From Octopus vulgaris (Eukaryota): DNA of 64,000 nt. Shown in pieces: positions 37,741 through 49,655 of this stretch. The stretch lies in NCBI GenBank assembly GCA_951406725.2, contig OX597824.1, positions 56,234,001 to 56,298,000 on the forward strand, given 5' to 3'. Under the pieces are notes generated by a model. It was not told where the DNA came from. It saw only the letters and a list, made by a program, of their open reading frames with translations, and ran no database searches. The first letter of the stretch is position 1. Each line of letters begins with the position of its first letter. The position numbers were made by a program, and so were the translations under genes.

Positions 37741-37809
37741 AATAAAACATGATGAAAATGATTGCTCGACTGTGTTTAACATTAATTCTATATTTCTCAT
37801 CTGTTTTAG

Positions 37810-37921
37810 GTTGGTCAATGCTGACATAAATTTTTATGAAAACAGCATGAAACAATTAAAAGGAATTACTGATATAATTAATGATTTGCAAACTGTTTGG
37901 AACACAAACCATGAGAGATGA
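37810..37921 (+). CDS. VPS54: VPS54 terminal coding exon (phase 2 start, TGA stop)
   Basis: Acceptor tttctcatctgttttAG; LVNADINFYENSMKQLKGITDIINDLQTVWNTNHER* is in frame with exon 11081-11175 and resembles recalled vertebrate LVTADVAFYTGNLQALKGL...IW. Confidence 0.9.
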
Positions 37922-37966
37922 CTACTCCTTAATTAATTAACTAATTTTATCTCAAACATTTATTGA

Positions 37967-37972
37967 AATAAA
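37967..37972 (+). terminator. Candidate polyadenylation signal for VPS54
   Basis: AATAAA shortly after the stop, followed by GT/T-rich sequence. Confidence 0.5.
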
Positions 37973-38899
37973 CTGTTTGGTTAACAAGTTTTGTTGATTA
38001 ATCTAGTAAAATTAAAATAATTATGCTAAATTTGTTTTTGTTAATTACTTTTGTGAATTTTTAACAAGTCTGTGACTATATCTGTAATCTTCCTCTTGTT
38101 TTATAGAGACATAGTGTAGTGAGGATGTTCCAACCCTGACCATTCTGTCTTTTATTCATGCATAGGGCATCTAGGACTACACTACAAAAAATAGTAGTTA
38201 TTGTTTAATGCCTGATCTGTTTAACCCTAACCTGTGATCAAATATGTTCTGTGACTAACCCAACTTTCACTTAGTATATCTAGGACTACCTAATGCAACT
38301 TTGTCGATGGTCTTTGTTTAAAGATGTTCCCGCTATGACCATCTCATCTTTTATTCATACATAGTGTATCTAAAACTACATTAATATATAGTATAGTAAT
38401 GAGTATTCATGGCTTTAGATAGTAAACAGGGAGCTAAAAGATGGAGTTGGTGCTACTGTTTTTGCAGTCACTGCTGCAATTACTTTGTTGGAGCTGTTTT
38501 GCAGTAATAATGACATCAAAGTATTATGTTGACTGCATCACTGTTTCTTCTTTAAATGCACAAATATGAATGCTGGCCTTCATCTCCTTCCTCTGTGAAT
38601 AGTTGGATCGATTTTTCTATTCTTTAACTTTTATAAACAGAGAAAAAAGTGAAAATTTTTTTACAAAATTGCAGTTTTTCTTTATAACTACCCCCTATCA
38701 GTGATTCTTTCTTAAAAGAAAAAGCTACACCTTAAAAATGTGTGTCAGATTTTTGATAATGCTATAAGGAAAAGCAAACAAGGTGGAACATAGTTATTAA
38801 GGGCAAAAACAAACAAAAAAAATGTGTGAAACTTACAGAGATGACATTTCATAATGCTATAGGCAAATCATGATAAAATGAATGATAAAAATAATGAAT

Positions 38900-39340
38900 G
38901 CTGCATACAGTTAATGGATCCATTTGTTACACCCAGTGTAAGCTATGGTCACACAAGGGATGCAGTGGAATCACAGGTAGATTAACAGGTATGGTTACTT
39001 CCGTGTGTGGCAGATGTGCAGGAATAATAAGCACCCAGAGCATACAGGACTTAGACTCCCTCAAATGCCCAGGAGGCTCTCTTGAGGTAGTAGATAGTTT
39101 CTGTTACCAAGGTGACAAAATTAGCAATGGGTCTCGATGCTCTAAACGTATTGTTTTTAGAATAAGAATAGGATGGAGGAAGTTCAGAGAGCTACTACCT
39201 CTGTTGGCAGTGAAAGGACTCTCTCTCAGAATGAAAGGTAGATTGTATAATGCTTGTCTACAAACCACTATACTCCATGGTAGTGAGACATGCACTCTGA
39301 ATGCAGAGGACATGCATAGACTAGAGAGAACAGCTGTAAA
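38900..39340 (+). mobile_element. RTE LINE fragment
   Basis: CKLWSHKGC...WRKFRELLPLL...LHGSET. Confidence 0.85.
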
Positions 39341-39456
39341 CCAATGAAATTCACAGGATAATCATTTATTCCATGCTATACTCAGCTAACACTTCGTTCT
39401 GAAACATATATTGAGTTTTACATTGGGTTATTGGTCTCACAATGCCTAAGCAAAAT

Positions 39457-39526
<70 letters not shown>

Positions 39527-39844
39527 GAGATCCAGAGATTCTCAGTATAGAAGACACTTAGTAGCACTCAAAAGATTCAAATTTAGACTCCAATGTCTTT
39601 ACAGGGGATCAATTTCACAGGGTAAAGAATGTCTATAAGAAGGATCGAGTTGAGTGGATATAGAGGCAATTATGCAGTAAACAAATTAGATCATCATCAT
39701 CATTTAATGTCTGTTGTCCATGCTGGCATGGGTTGGATATATTAAATGTAATAGTTTGGATATGAAATACAAAGTATGTGTACTTGCAAAATGAGAGAAA
39801 ACAAAAAGGTGAAACTTTCAGATGATAAATATTTAAGTATAAAT

Positions 39845-39990
39845 ATGCAGATACCCAGTGTTGCTCGGGATTAAAATGGCATACTTTTTTATTATCTTTT
39901 GCTGAACCGCTAAGTTATGGGGACATAAACACAGCAACATCAGTTGTCAAGCAATGGTTGGGGTACAAACACAGACACAGAAATATACAC
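39845..39990 (-). mobile_element. Deleted copy of the SINE/Helitron-end chimera
   Basis: gatacccagtgttgctcgggattaaaatggcat followed by SINE body; terminal CTAG lost. Confidence 0.6.
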
Positions 39991-39999
39991 ATATATACA

Positions 40000-40475
40000 A
40001 CTGTCTTCTTTCAGCAAATGGATGAAATACATAAAAAACTCCGACAACAATAGCCAGCATTGGTCAATAGAAAAGGACCAATTCTTCTCCATGACAACGC
40101 TTGGCCACATGTCGCACAACTGACCCCACAGAAGTTGAACGAATTTGGCTATGAAACTCTGCCTCATCCGCCATACTCACCAGACCTCTCGGTTACTGAC
40201 TACCACTTTTTCAAGCATCTCGACAACTTCTTGCATGAGAAATGCTTCAAAAACCAAGACGATGCCAAACACGCCTTCAATGACTTCATCACCACCAGAA
40301 CGCAAGATTTTTACACTATTGGTATGGATAAACTTGTTTCATGTCGGCAAAAGTGTGTTGATTCTGATGGTGTTTGTTTTGATTAATAAAGTAATTAATA
40401 AAGTTTTGTTTGAGCCGAGATATGTGCATCTGAATTTAAAGGTTAAAAACCGCAAGAACTTTCTTGACAACCTTA
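40000..40475 (+). mobile_element. Mariner transposase 3' part and right TIR
   Basis: ILLHDNAWPH, LPHPPYSPDLSVTDYHFF (D34D type). Confidence 0.9.
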
Positions 40476-40524
40476 ACATTATATATATATATTAGGTTTG
40501 GAGGTGATGTAGAGGTATTATATA

Positions 40525-41344
40525 TTAGAAAAAGAAGGTACTCAGAGATCTGGATGGTTGTACAGATTTTTATTAATATGTCACATATACATAGCGCTTG
40601 CATCTACTCTAGTAGATTCTTTAGATTTGAATTTTTTGAGGGGATTCGTCTCTTTTTTGAGTGTGTAGGGGTGACAAGAGATATAGGATAGTAAAAGAGG
40701 GTAAGGAATGAGGAGAAAGTGAGAGAGAGTGTGTGTGTGTATGCCTGTGTATCTGAAAGAAGTGTCAATGGAAAAGAGAAGGAAGAAAAAATGTTTACAT
40801 CTATACAGCTGGTCAGTTCTTTCAATAGAAAGTGATGAGTTGATTCTTGGCCTTTAAAAATGGCACAACTAGGTGGCTACTCTGGGTGGGGGTCTTGTTT
40901 TGATAAAAGTTATTTATCAAAAAATTGTCTGGATTTATTATCATCGTTATCATCATTGTCCAGTGAGAGAGAGTGTGTATATGTGTGCCTGTGTATCTGA
41001 AAGGAGTGTTAATGGAAAAGAGAAGGCAGAAAAAAATTGTGTTTACATCTATACAGCTGTTCAGTTCTTTCAATAGATGACAAGTTGGTTAATAAAAGTT
41101 ATTTTTCAAAAAATTGTCTGGATTTATTATCATCATCATCATCATCATCATCCTTGTCCAATGTTTACTATCCTATATCTCTCTCCACCCCTACACACTC
41201 AATAATACTATAAAAAGAGATGAATCCTCTCAAAAAATTCAAATCTGAAGAATCTACTAGAGTAGATGCAAGCGCTAATATATGATTAATAAAAATCTGT
41301 AAATGTACAACCATCCAGATATCTGAGTACCTTATTTTTTCTAA
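40525..41344. repeat. Fold-back element: ~175-bp inverted arms around a tandemly duplicated spacer
   Basis: 40525-40695 vs 41164-41344 inverted; about 40720-40960 vs 40962-41160 direct; hammerhead-like motif in the arms. Confidence 0.85.
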
Positions 41345-41355
41345 CATATATATAT

Positions 41356-41708
41356 ATATTGTTGCATTTGGGGATGCTCATGTTGCCAGTTTAGCCAATA
41401 AAAACTCACACACTATATATATTTGGTGTTCACTTGCTTCAGCTTTATTTTATATTAATTGTATTTCAGCCAGAGTTGTATGTATGTGCAAATAAAGACA
41501 CATACAATAGAGATACAAAATGGCTGATCATTAGTAAGGAAAGACACAAAAAAGAAGGACCACTGATGAGGTCACAGTAGTGTGGCAAAAGAACTCTGTC
41601 CAAAACGATTAGTATAAAATAAAGCTGAAGCAAGTGAGCACCAAATATATAGTGCGTGTCTTTTATTGGCTAAACTGGCGACATGACCATCCCCAAATAC
41701 AACAATAT
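41356..41708. mobile_element. Fold-back PLE terminal repeat with central hammerhead motif (41557-41601, +)
   Basis: 41356-41477 vs 41592-41708 inverted; direct copy at 44715-44960. Confidence 0.8.
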
Positions 41709-41768
41709 CTGTTTCAACACACGAATTCACATCAAGAATCTTGGAAAACAAATATATATACGTATATA

Positions 41769-41960
41769 TATAAAAATCAAAATGCGCAAAAGGATATCAA
41801 GTAGTAATGCAGTATGACTGCTTCTCCATTTAATTGAACAATGCAATCATTATATCAATTTAAATGTGAGGTAATGATTGCATGTTCAATTAAATGTACC
41901 CACTTGAAACGATTGTACCGCATTACAACTTGATATCTTGTTGCTTATTTTGATTTTATT
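41769..41960. repeat. Nested imperfect palindrome
   Basis: Outer arms ATAAAAATCAAAAT..GATATCAAGT / ACTTGATATC..ATTTTGATTTTTAT; inner CATTTAATTGAACA..ATCATTA / TAATGAT..TGTTCAATTAAATG. Confidence 0.8.
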
Positions 41961-42124
41961 CACCATATTTTGAGCTGTACGGATAATACCAGACTGATTT
42001 GGTGCTTCAACTTAAGTACCTAATTCAACTGCATCTTAATTATTTCTTTATATATATATATATAGACACACACACACATATATATATATATATACACACA
42101 CACACATATATATAAATATAATAT

Positions 42125-44205
42125 GTAGCAATTAGTTGGTTGTCATAATAAAGCTCAGAGTTTCAGATACTGGGGCTGAAACCTGCTCCAGCATCTCATC
42201 AGTTATTAAGACAAAACGCTATGAAAAGAAACGTTGAATAAAGGAAAATTACTCCAATAGGCATGGTGAAAGTAATACTCATTCATAGAATCCGCATATG
42301 CACACATACACACACACACAATGCACATGTATGTATATATATATATCTATATATTCACACACGCGTGTACATATACTTACAAACACACACATATATACAC
42401 ACATGCTACGCTCATATATACATCTCTACATGCACACACATATGCAGATATACAAAATGTAGTTTATATGCGCATGCATATACATCCGTGGAAAACATAT
42501 ACAAATAAAAACGCACACATGATTATGTTTGTATACACATCTCTATATGCACATACACATACATACGTGGATATACAAAACGTAGTCTATATGCACATGC
42601 TCATACGTGGATAGACGTATATACAAATAAAAACACTAAAACATATTCACCACAAAACCTGAATATACAAATGAGTTATGTATATACATAAATACACTCT
42701 CCTGTCTGTCAAACACATCTACACCTGCAGATATATAAACGTATATACATACATATATGTATGAAGGAAGGAGACAAGTACAACAAGTAGAGTCTTGCAC
42801 TCGTACATATGTATATATGCACGTACATATACATTAGGTATATACTACACGCATATAAGTTACACAATTATAAAGGGTGAAAAATAATATACAGAAAAAA
42901 TATATATAAAGTAATAAAAATATATATAAATATGTAAGAGATGTTAAGACATGAAAGGCTTGTACGTAGACATAATATAAAAAGCAGGTTCTATCTGTGA
43001 TCTTAGGGGGTCTAAAAATGTAACAAATGTTTTGCCATATGTGGACATGATCCAAAAAGTTCAGTTCTTGAATTTAGACATGTAGCGGGGTCTAAAGAAC
43101 TTTTCCAGATAAGCCATCTATCCAAATCGCAAAGACCACACTTTCCACTGCCACCCTCTGTATTACACCTGTCCAAGATCTTCCAGTGAATTTTATAGCC
43201 GACACCTTTTTCTTTTAAGGACCATATATAACTGGATAATTTGGTTGTTTTCCTTTTATCCTAGTGTCTGAAGCTTAAGGTATGATTGTTGAACCTGGCT
43301 TTAAAATTTCCCTCTGTGAGACCCACATATTTCTTTGACGAAACTATGTCCTTAGTGGTTGTAGAGTCTACAGTGGTTTCATAAATGATGGCCTCGGTCA
43401 TACAAGCTACATTTAGTGGGCACAAATTTTTAACTCTGCAGGATAATTTTCCTATTTTACCTTTTCTTTATTACTGGACTAATGACAGGTATATAGTTTA
43501 TTTCCTCGCTAAAACCACTATCTTTTAGAGCTTTATTATATATTAGGGCAACACTATTAAAAATGTTTATATTGGAGGAGATGCTATAAATTCTCTTGCT
43601 AATAAATTCTTAAATAGTATGGGAGGATAGCAGGAACCTACATTAATATAGCTAAGTCTATCATTGGGCTTTCTATAGGTTTTGTAAATATTCTTATTTA
43701 AATACACCTAGGAAATTGATAACATCAGGTTGGTATCTATTGTTACACTAAGATCAAATGTTTCCATCATTTGGATAATGTCCTTCCTAAACCAAAATTG
43801 CGCTAGTCCATTGGTGTTTGTGGTTAAAGCCAGAGCATCAACTTTGTAAATGGCGAAATATATACGAGGAAAAGTTTTACCCAATGTATCGAGTAGGAAT
43901 AGTCCAATGAGATCACATATACCTGCTCCATCATATGATCCTATGCTCACATCGAAGGCACCCTCTGTATTGGTTGTCTTAACCCACTCTGCATTCTCAC
44001 CAAAGAGTAAAGTCTTTCTAGCATGGAATATTATGTCCTTATCTTGTGTACTAATTTCTAAAAATTCACTTGCGAAGGTGAGGGCTTTATTGAGCAGTTC
44101 CTTAGAGATAAAAGCATAGAAATCTACAATATCAAATTGTGTAAATCTCGCTTTATTTTTATTCCTGATGGTTCTAAACTTGTCAATGACTTCTATACTA
44201 TTAGA
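42125..44205 (-). mobile_element. Penelope-like (Naiad-like) element: RT, thumb, deleted linker, GIY-YIG, terminal repeat
   Basis: QFDIVDFY, FDVSIGSYDGAGICDLIG, KYVGLTEGNFKARFNNH; same family as 3345-5000. Confidence 0.88.
42146..42208 (-). ncRNA. Hammerhead motif in the Naiad-like terminal repeat
   Basis: TAATAA-CTGATGA-GATGCTGG...CCAGTATC-T-GAAA-CTCTGAG-CT-TTATTA; U16.1 is C in this copy. Confidence 0.75.
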
Positions 44206-44214
44206 CCTAGTACA

Positions 44215-44710
44215 ATGCATCCGTTACCTGCACTGGTATGGTCATGTGGCGAGAATGGATGAGGATAGCTGTGTGAAAAAGTGCCACACCCTCGCAGTTG
44301 AGGGAACCTGTGGAAGAGGTAGACCCAGGAAAACCTGGGATGAGATGCTGAAGCATGACCTTCAAACATTGGGCCTCACCAAGGCAATGACTAGTGACTG
44401 AGACCTTTGGAAATATGCAGTGCATAAGAAGACCCGGCAAGCCAAGTGTAACCATAATCCATGGCCTATGCCTGGGGTGTAACCAGCCCACTTATGCATA
44501 CCTTTCCTTCATTAGACACTGTTGAGGCAAGTGAAATAAAGATCGAATTAAATTCAATGACTGGCACTTGTGCCAGTGGAGCATCCGAGTGTAGTCATTG
44601 CCAGAGCAGCTGACTGGCTTCTGTGCAGGTGGCACGTAAAAATGCTGGTGGTACATAAAAAAACATTTGAGCGTGGTTGTTGCCAGTGCCGCTGGACTGG
44701 CTCCTGTGCA
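44215..44710 (+). mobile_element. RTE LINE 3' fragment
   Basis: LHWYGHVARMDEDSCVKKC...RGRPRKTW. Confidence 0.9.
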
Positions 44711-44714
44711 TAGA

Positions 44715-44960
44715 GATATAAGCATGCGCAAATGAAGACATACAATAGAAATACAAAATGGCTGACGGTTAGTAAGGAAAGACACAAATAAGAAAGAAGA
44801 AAACAAAGGACCACTGATGCGGTCACAGGAGTGTGACGAAAGAACTCTGGCCGAAATAAGATTAAGATTAATGTAAAAAATAAATAACACCAAATATATA
44901 GTGCGTGTGTTTTTATTGGCTAAACTGGCAATATGACCATTCCGAAATATAACAATATGT
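44715..44960 (+). mobile_element. PLE terminal repeat with hammerhead motif (44808-44852)
   Basis: GGACCA-CTGATGC-G-GTCACA(GGAG)TGTGAC-GAAA-GAAC-TC-TGGCC. Confidence 0.75.
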
Positions 44961-44971
44961 ACATATATCTC

Positions 44972-45011
<40 letters not shown>

Positions 45012-45257
45012 TATATATAAAAATTATGAGTTAGAGGTTATGCAACTGTCTAAGGGATAAATGTATCCGTAAGCACTACTGGTGTATTACCTTATTATGT
45101 ATAGGCCTTTCTATAAGGTTAACATCATCATCATCATCAATTTAAATGATAAACCGTGGTTTGATATATTCAGATAGTTCTTTTCTTATCTGTACATATA
45201 TATTTATGCATTTATATATATATATATATATATACACATATATACATATATATATAC

Positions 45258-45295
<38 letters not shown>

Positions 45296-45571
45296 TGATA
45301 AAAATGGTATGACAACAAAAGAAGAGACCTTGATATTATGTAAAAAGAGGAATTTATCATGGCTACTGAATAATTGTCACATATTACATTTACAGATATA
45401 TATATATATCACACACACACACATATATATATGTATGTGTATAAATATATGTGTATATCTGTGTACATATATATGTATGTATATATATATATAAATGTAT
45501 ATATAGATGTTTATGTACAGATTTATACACATAGATTTGTAGATATATAGATTTGTATGTATATATATGTA

Positions 45572-45840
45572 TTAGACCTAAGAAGACATGGGATGAGGTG
45601 GTAAAACATTACCTTCGAACATTGGGCCTAACAGAAGCAATGACAGGAGACCAACACCTTTGGAGATATGCTGTGACTGAGAAGACCCAGCAACTAAAGT
45701 GAGATCGCAACCATGACCTATGCCAGTGTTGCATGTCCAGCCCATTTAAGAGTACCTTTGATGTGTCAGGCAATATGATATGCTTGAGAAGACCTGTTGA
45801 GTCAAGTAAAACCAAAATTGTAGCTGTGGCCCTCGCCAAC
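45572..45840 (+). mobile_element. RTE 3' fragment
   Basis: agacctaagaagacatgggatgaggtggt...; paralogue at 46548. Confidence 0.8.
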
Positions 45841-45844
45841 CTCA

Positions 45845-46290
45845 TCAAAAGCACAGTTCTACCAGCAATGTTATATGGTAGTGAAACAGGGGCTACGACA
45901 AAGAGAGAAGAGCAGAGATTGATAATGGCTCAAAGAGCCATGGAGAAGTCAATACTTGGAATCTCGTTGAGAGAGCACATCAGTTGCTAGGTCATCAGAG
46001 AGAAGTCCGGCGTGAGGGATGTCATCGCAGAATATACACACAGCAAGTTTAGATAGACTGGACATGTCGCCCGGCTCTCCGATAATCGGTGGACCTGCAC
46101 AGTTGTTGAGTGGTACCCACGTGAGTGGAAACGACCACTCGGAAGGCCTCTATGATGGTGGAGTTACAATTTTAGGAGGGCAATTGGGATGAGGAAGGCG
46201 CGATCCAGAGAGGAGTGGACTGCATGCTGTGATCAGCAGTGTCAAATGGACGCCTGACGGACTGGTCGGTCAAGGTGATCAAGGTGATAT
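45845..46290 (+). mobile_element. 3' end of a second RTE-clade family
   Basis: VLPAMLYGSET, QRAMEKSILGISL, GHVAR..DNRWT, KRPLGRP; tail (CAAGGTGAT)2. Confidence 0.8.
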
Positions 46291-46324
46291 ACATATATAC
46301 ACACACATATATATACATATATAT

Positions 46325-46512
46325 ATTCTTTCTTTCTTTCTTCTTTTTTCTTTTATTTGTTTCAGTCATTTGACTGCAGCCATGCTGGAGCACCGCCTTT
46401 AGTTGACCCCGGGACTTATTCTTTGTAAGCCCAGTACTTATTCTATCGGTCTCTTTTTGCCAAACCGCTAAGTGACGGGGACGTAAACACACGAGCATCG
46501 GTTGTCAAGCAA
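46325..46512 (-). mobile_element. tRNA SINE 3' half
   Basis: Reverse complement of 3150-3323. Confidence 0.85.
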
Positions 46513-46547
46513 TGTGTATATAGAGATTTATATGTATATATATGTAT

Positions 46548-48130
46548 TAGACCCAGGAAGACATGGGATGAGGTGGTGAAACATTACCTTCAAACATTGG
46601 GACTCACAGGGGCAATGACAGGAGACTGAGACCTTTGGAGATATGGTGTGACTGAGAAGACCTGGCAACTAATGTGAGATCACAGCCATGACCAATGCCA
46701 GTGTTGCATGTCTGGCCCGTTTAAGAGTACCCTTGATGCGAAACAACAGGCGATATGATGTGCATTAGAAGACCTGTTGAGTCAAGTAAAAGCAAACTCA
46801 TAGCTGTGGCCAATGCCCACTGACTGACTCTTGTGCCAGTGGCACGTAAAAAGCACCCACTACCTTCTCAGAGTGGTTGGTGTTAGGAAGGGCATCCAGC
46901 TATAGAAACATTGCTGGATCGGATTGGAGCCTGTTGCAGCCACTGGCACTTCATACCTCAGTCAAACTGTCCAACCCATGCCAAGATGTAAAACGAATGT
47001 TAAATGATGATGATGATGATATATATATATGTATATACGTGTGTGGCAAATGCTCAGGAGCAATAAACACTGAAAATGTGCAGAGAACGGCTTCTGTCAC
47101 ATTCCTGGTAAAAAACTACAAATAGTTGATAGCTTCCATTACCTAGGTGACTAAGTCAGTAGCCGGGGTGGACGCTCTGAAAGTGTAGCTGCTTGAATAA
47201 GAATAGCCTGGGCAAAATTCAGAGAGCTCCTACTTCTGCTGGTGACAATGGGCCTCTTGCTCAGAGTAAAAGATAGACTGTATGACACATGTGTGTGAAC
47301 AGCCATGCTACATGGCAGTGAAACATGGGCTGTGACTGCAAGGTGAAACCAGTATGCTCTGCTGGATGTGTAATGTCAGTGTGCATACACGACAGTGTAA
47401 GCACCCTGAGAGAAAAGTTGGACTTAAGAAGCATCAGATGTGAGGTGCAAGAGAGACGACTGCAATGGTATAGTTGTGTATTGCGAATGGATGAGGACAG
47501 CTGTGTGTAAAAGTGTCACACCCTAGCAGCTGAGGGAACCTGCGGAAGAGGTAGACCCAGGAAGACCTGGGACGAGGTGGTGAAGCATGACCTTCGAACA
47601 TTGGGCCTCTCCGAGGCAATGACAAGTGAGCAAGATCTTTGGAGATATGCTGTGCTTGAGAAGACCCAGAAAGCCAAGTGAGACCATAACTGTGGCCTAT
47701 GCCAGTGCTGCATAACAAGCCCATTTAAGAGTACCCTTCAAACATTGGGCAATAATCTCTGCTTGCGAAGACCTGTTGAGGCAAGTGAAATTGTTGTCCT
47801 GGCCAATGATGGTACCGACTGACTGACACCCGAGCCTGTGGAACATCAAAAGCACTATTCGAGCGTGATCATTGCCAGTGCCGCCTGCTGGCTCCTGTGC
47901 ATGTAAAAAGCACCATTTGAGCATGGTATGTGCCAGTATTGCCTGACTGACCCTCATACTGGTGGCATGTTAAAGCACCCACTACACTCTCGGAATGGTT
48001 GGCATTAGAAAGGGCATACAGCTGTAGAAATTTTACCAGATCAGATTGGAGCCTGGTGCAACCTTCTGGCTCACCAGCCCTCAGTCAAACTGTCCAGCCT
48101 ATGCCAGCATGGAAAGCAGACGTTAATCGA
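46548..48130 (+). mobile_element. Two consecutive RTE 3' fragments (46548-47020, 47040-48130)
   Basis: RTE C-terminal motifs and tails. Confidence 0.85.
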
Positions 48131-48516
48131 CGATGAAGTTCAAATAGAACAATTCAAACGTTTTGAGGAATCCACAAAGAGAGAAAATAATTTCCAATAA
48201 AAATTCATCATATTCATAAAAATCAGCCAGAGTAGTAAGAATATGAAAATAACAATTGAAGTAGCAAGTTATATCGAAGGACTGCCAAAAATAACAAGTA
48301 TAATATTGGAGAAAAAATGTTAAAATCAAAATTGGATTTAATACATACAAACGTTTCAAAGACAATACAATAGACAAGACAATATCATTAACATAACTTT
48401 CTTCCTTGGCGGAGGTAATAAGACATCTGTTTGAACTACCATGTAAACAGACGTCTTAAATTCAGTCTCGAATTTGTCGTTGCTTATAAATATATATAAA
48501 GCTGTCCACACATATA

Positions 48517-49655
48517 CTAGGTTAAGTCAAAATGTGTTTTGAATATTTATTGATTTGATAACTTGTATTACATCATTTATTTGATACTTGTCCAATCATT
48601 GCTAAATTGTTTATTCTTTTACTTTCCTATGTAACATATAAGCATTAATTATCTATCCTTTATTTTACAGCTTTGATAATGGGTAATAAAAAAATCCCAA
48701 TTGAAGTCATTTTATGCTACCTGTGGAGAAAGGATTGAGTGCAAGTGTGGCAGCAAAAGAAATTAATGATGTGGAAGGCCCAGGAACTGTCATTGAATAT
48801 GTGGCGTAAAACTAGTTCAAATGTTTCAAGGGAGATGACACCAGCCTTGAAGACAAACCAAGTTCAGGGGGACCTTCTGTTGTAGAAGATGAGGCCTTGC
48901 TTGAAATGGCTGAACAACAGCCAAGCACTAGCATTCATACATTATTGGTAGAAATTAATCTTTCACAAAGTACCATCAATTGACACCTCCATAAGCTCAG
49001 CCTTGGGAACAGATGTTTGAGATATTCATTCTTGGAATTGAATGAAGAATGGATCTATTTTTATAATCCTAATAGGAGAAATCAGTGGCTTTGTTTGAGC
49101 CAGTCTTCAAAACCTATTGTCAAACAGGGGCGGTTTAAATAGAAGGTCATGCTGTGTGTTTGCTGGAATTTCAAGGAGGTGTTGCACTTTGAGCTTGTCC
49201 CAGATGGTCATACTGTGAACACTAACCTTTATGCTCAATAACTGCAGTGAGTATATGATGCTTTGCAAGCCTGCTACTTGACATTAGTCAATCAAAGATG
49301 TGCATTCCTACAGCATGACAATGCCTCAGCACACAGTGCCAATGTGACCGAGTGCAAACTTGAGGAATTGGAAGTGCTGCCTCACTCTGCCTACAGTCCA
49401 GACCTTGCATCATCAGATTACTACCTTTTTCAAGCCATGGTTCATTTGCAGCATGGACAGAAATTCAACAATGTGGATGAAATTGAAAATAGGTGCAGGG
49501 TAGTATTTTTGCCTCTAAAATTTCTAAACAGTATAAACATGGAATTGAACTTCTGGCATAATGATGGCAACAAGCAATAGAATATGATGGGATATATTTT
49601 GATGAATAATTACTTTTCATATGTTGAAATACGAAAAACTTTTGGCTTAACCTGG
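48517..49655 (+). mobile_element. Decayed mariner with both TIRs
   Basis: TA|CTAGGTTAAGTCAAAA ... TTTTGGCTTAACCTGG|TA; SGGP HTH linker, KVMLCVCW, QHDNA, YSPDLASSDY. Confidence 0.9.

Noticed and set aside
38419-38520. Plus-strand exon-like segment IVNRELKDGVG...
   Set aside because: Weak splice sites, lies after the VPS54 stop, peptide not recognised.
48125-48421. Crypton/Helentron-like terminus TTGGCGGAGGTAATAA
   Set aside because: Only one short recalled motif and no second end, so not supportable.
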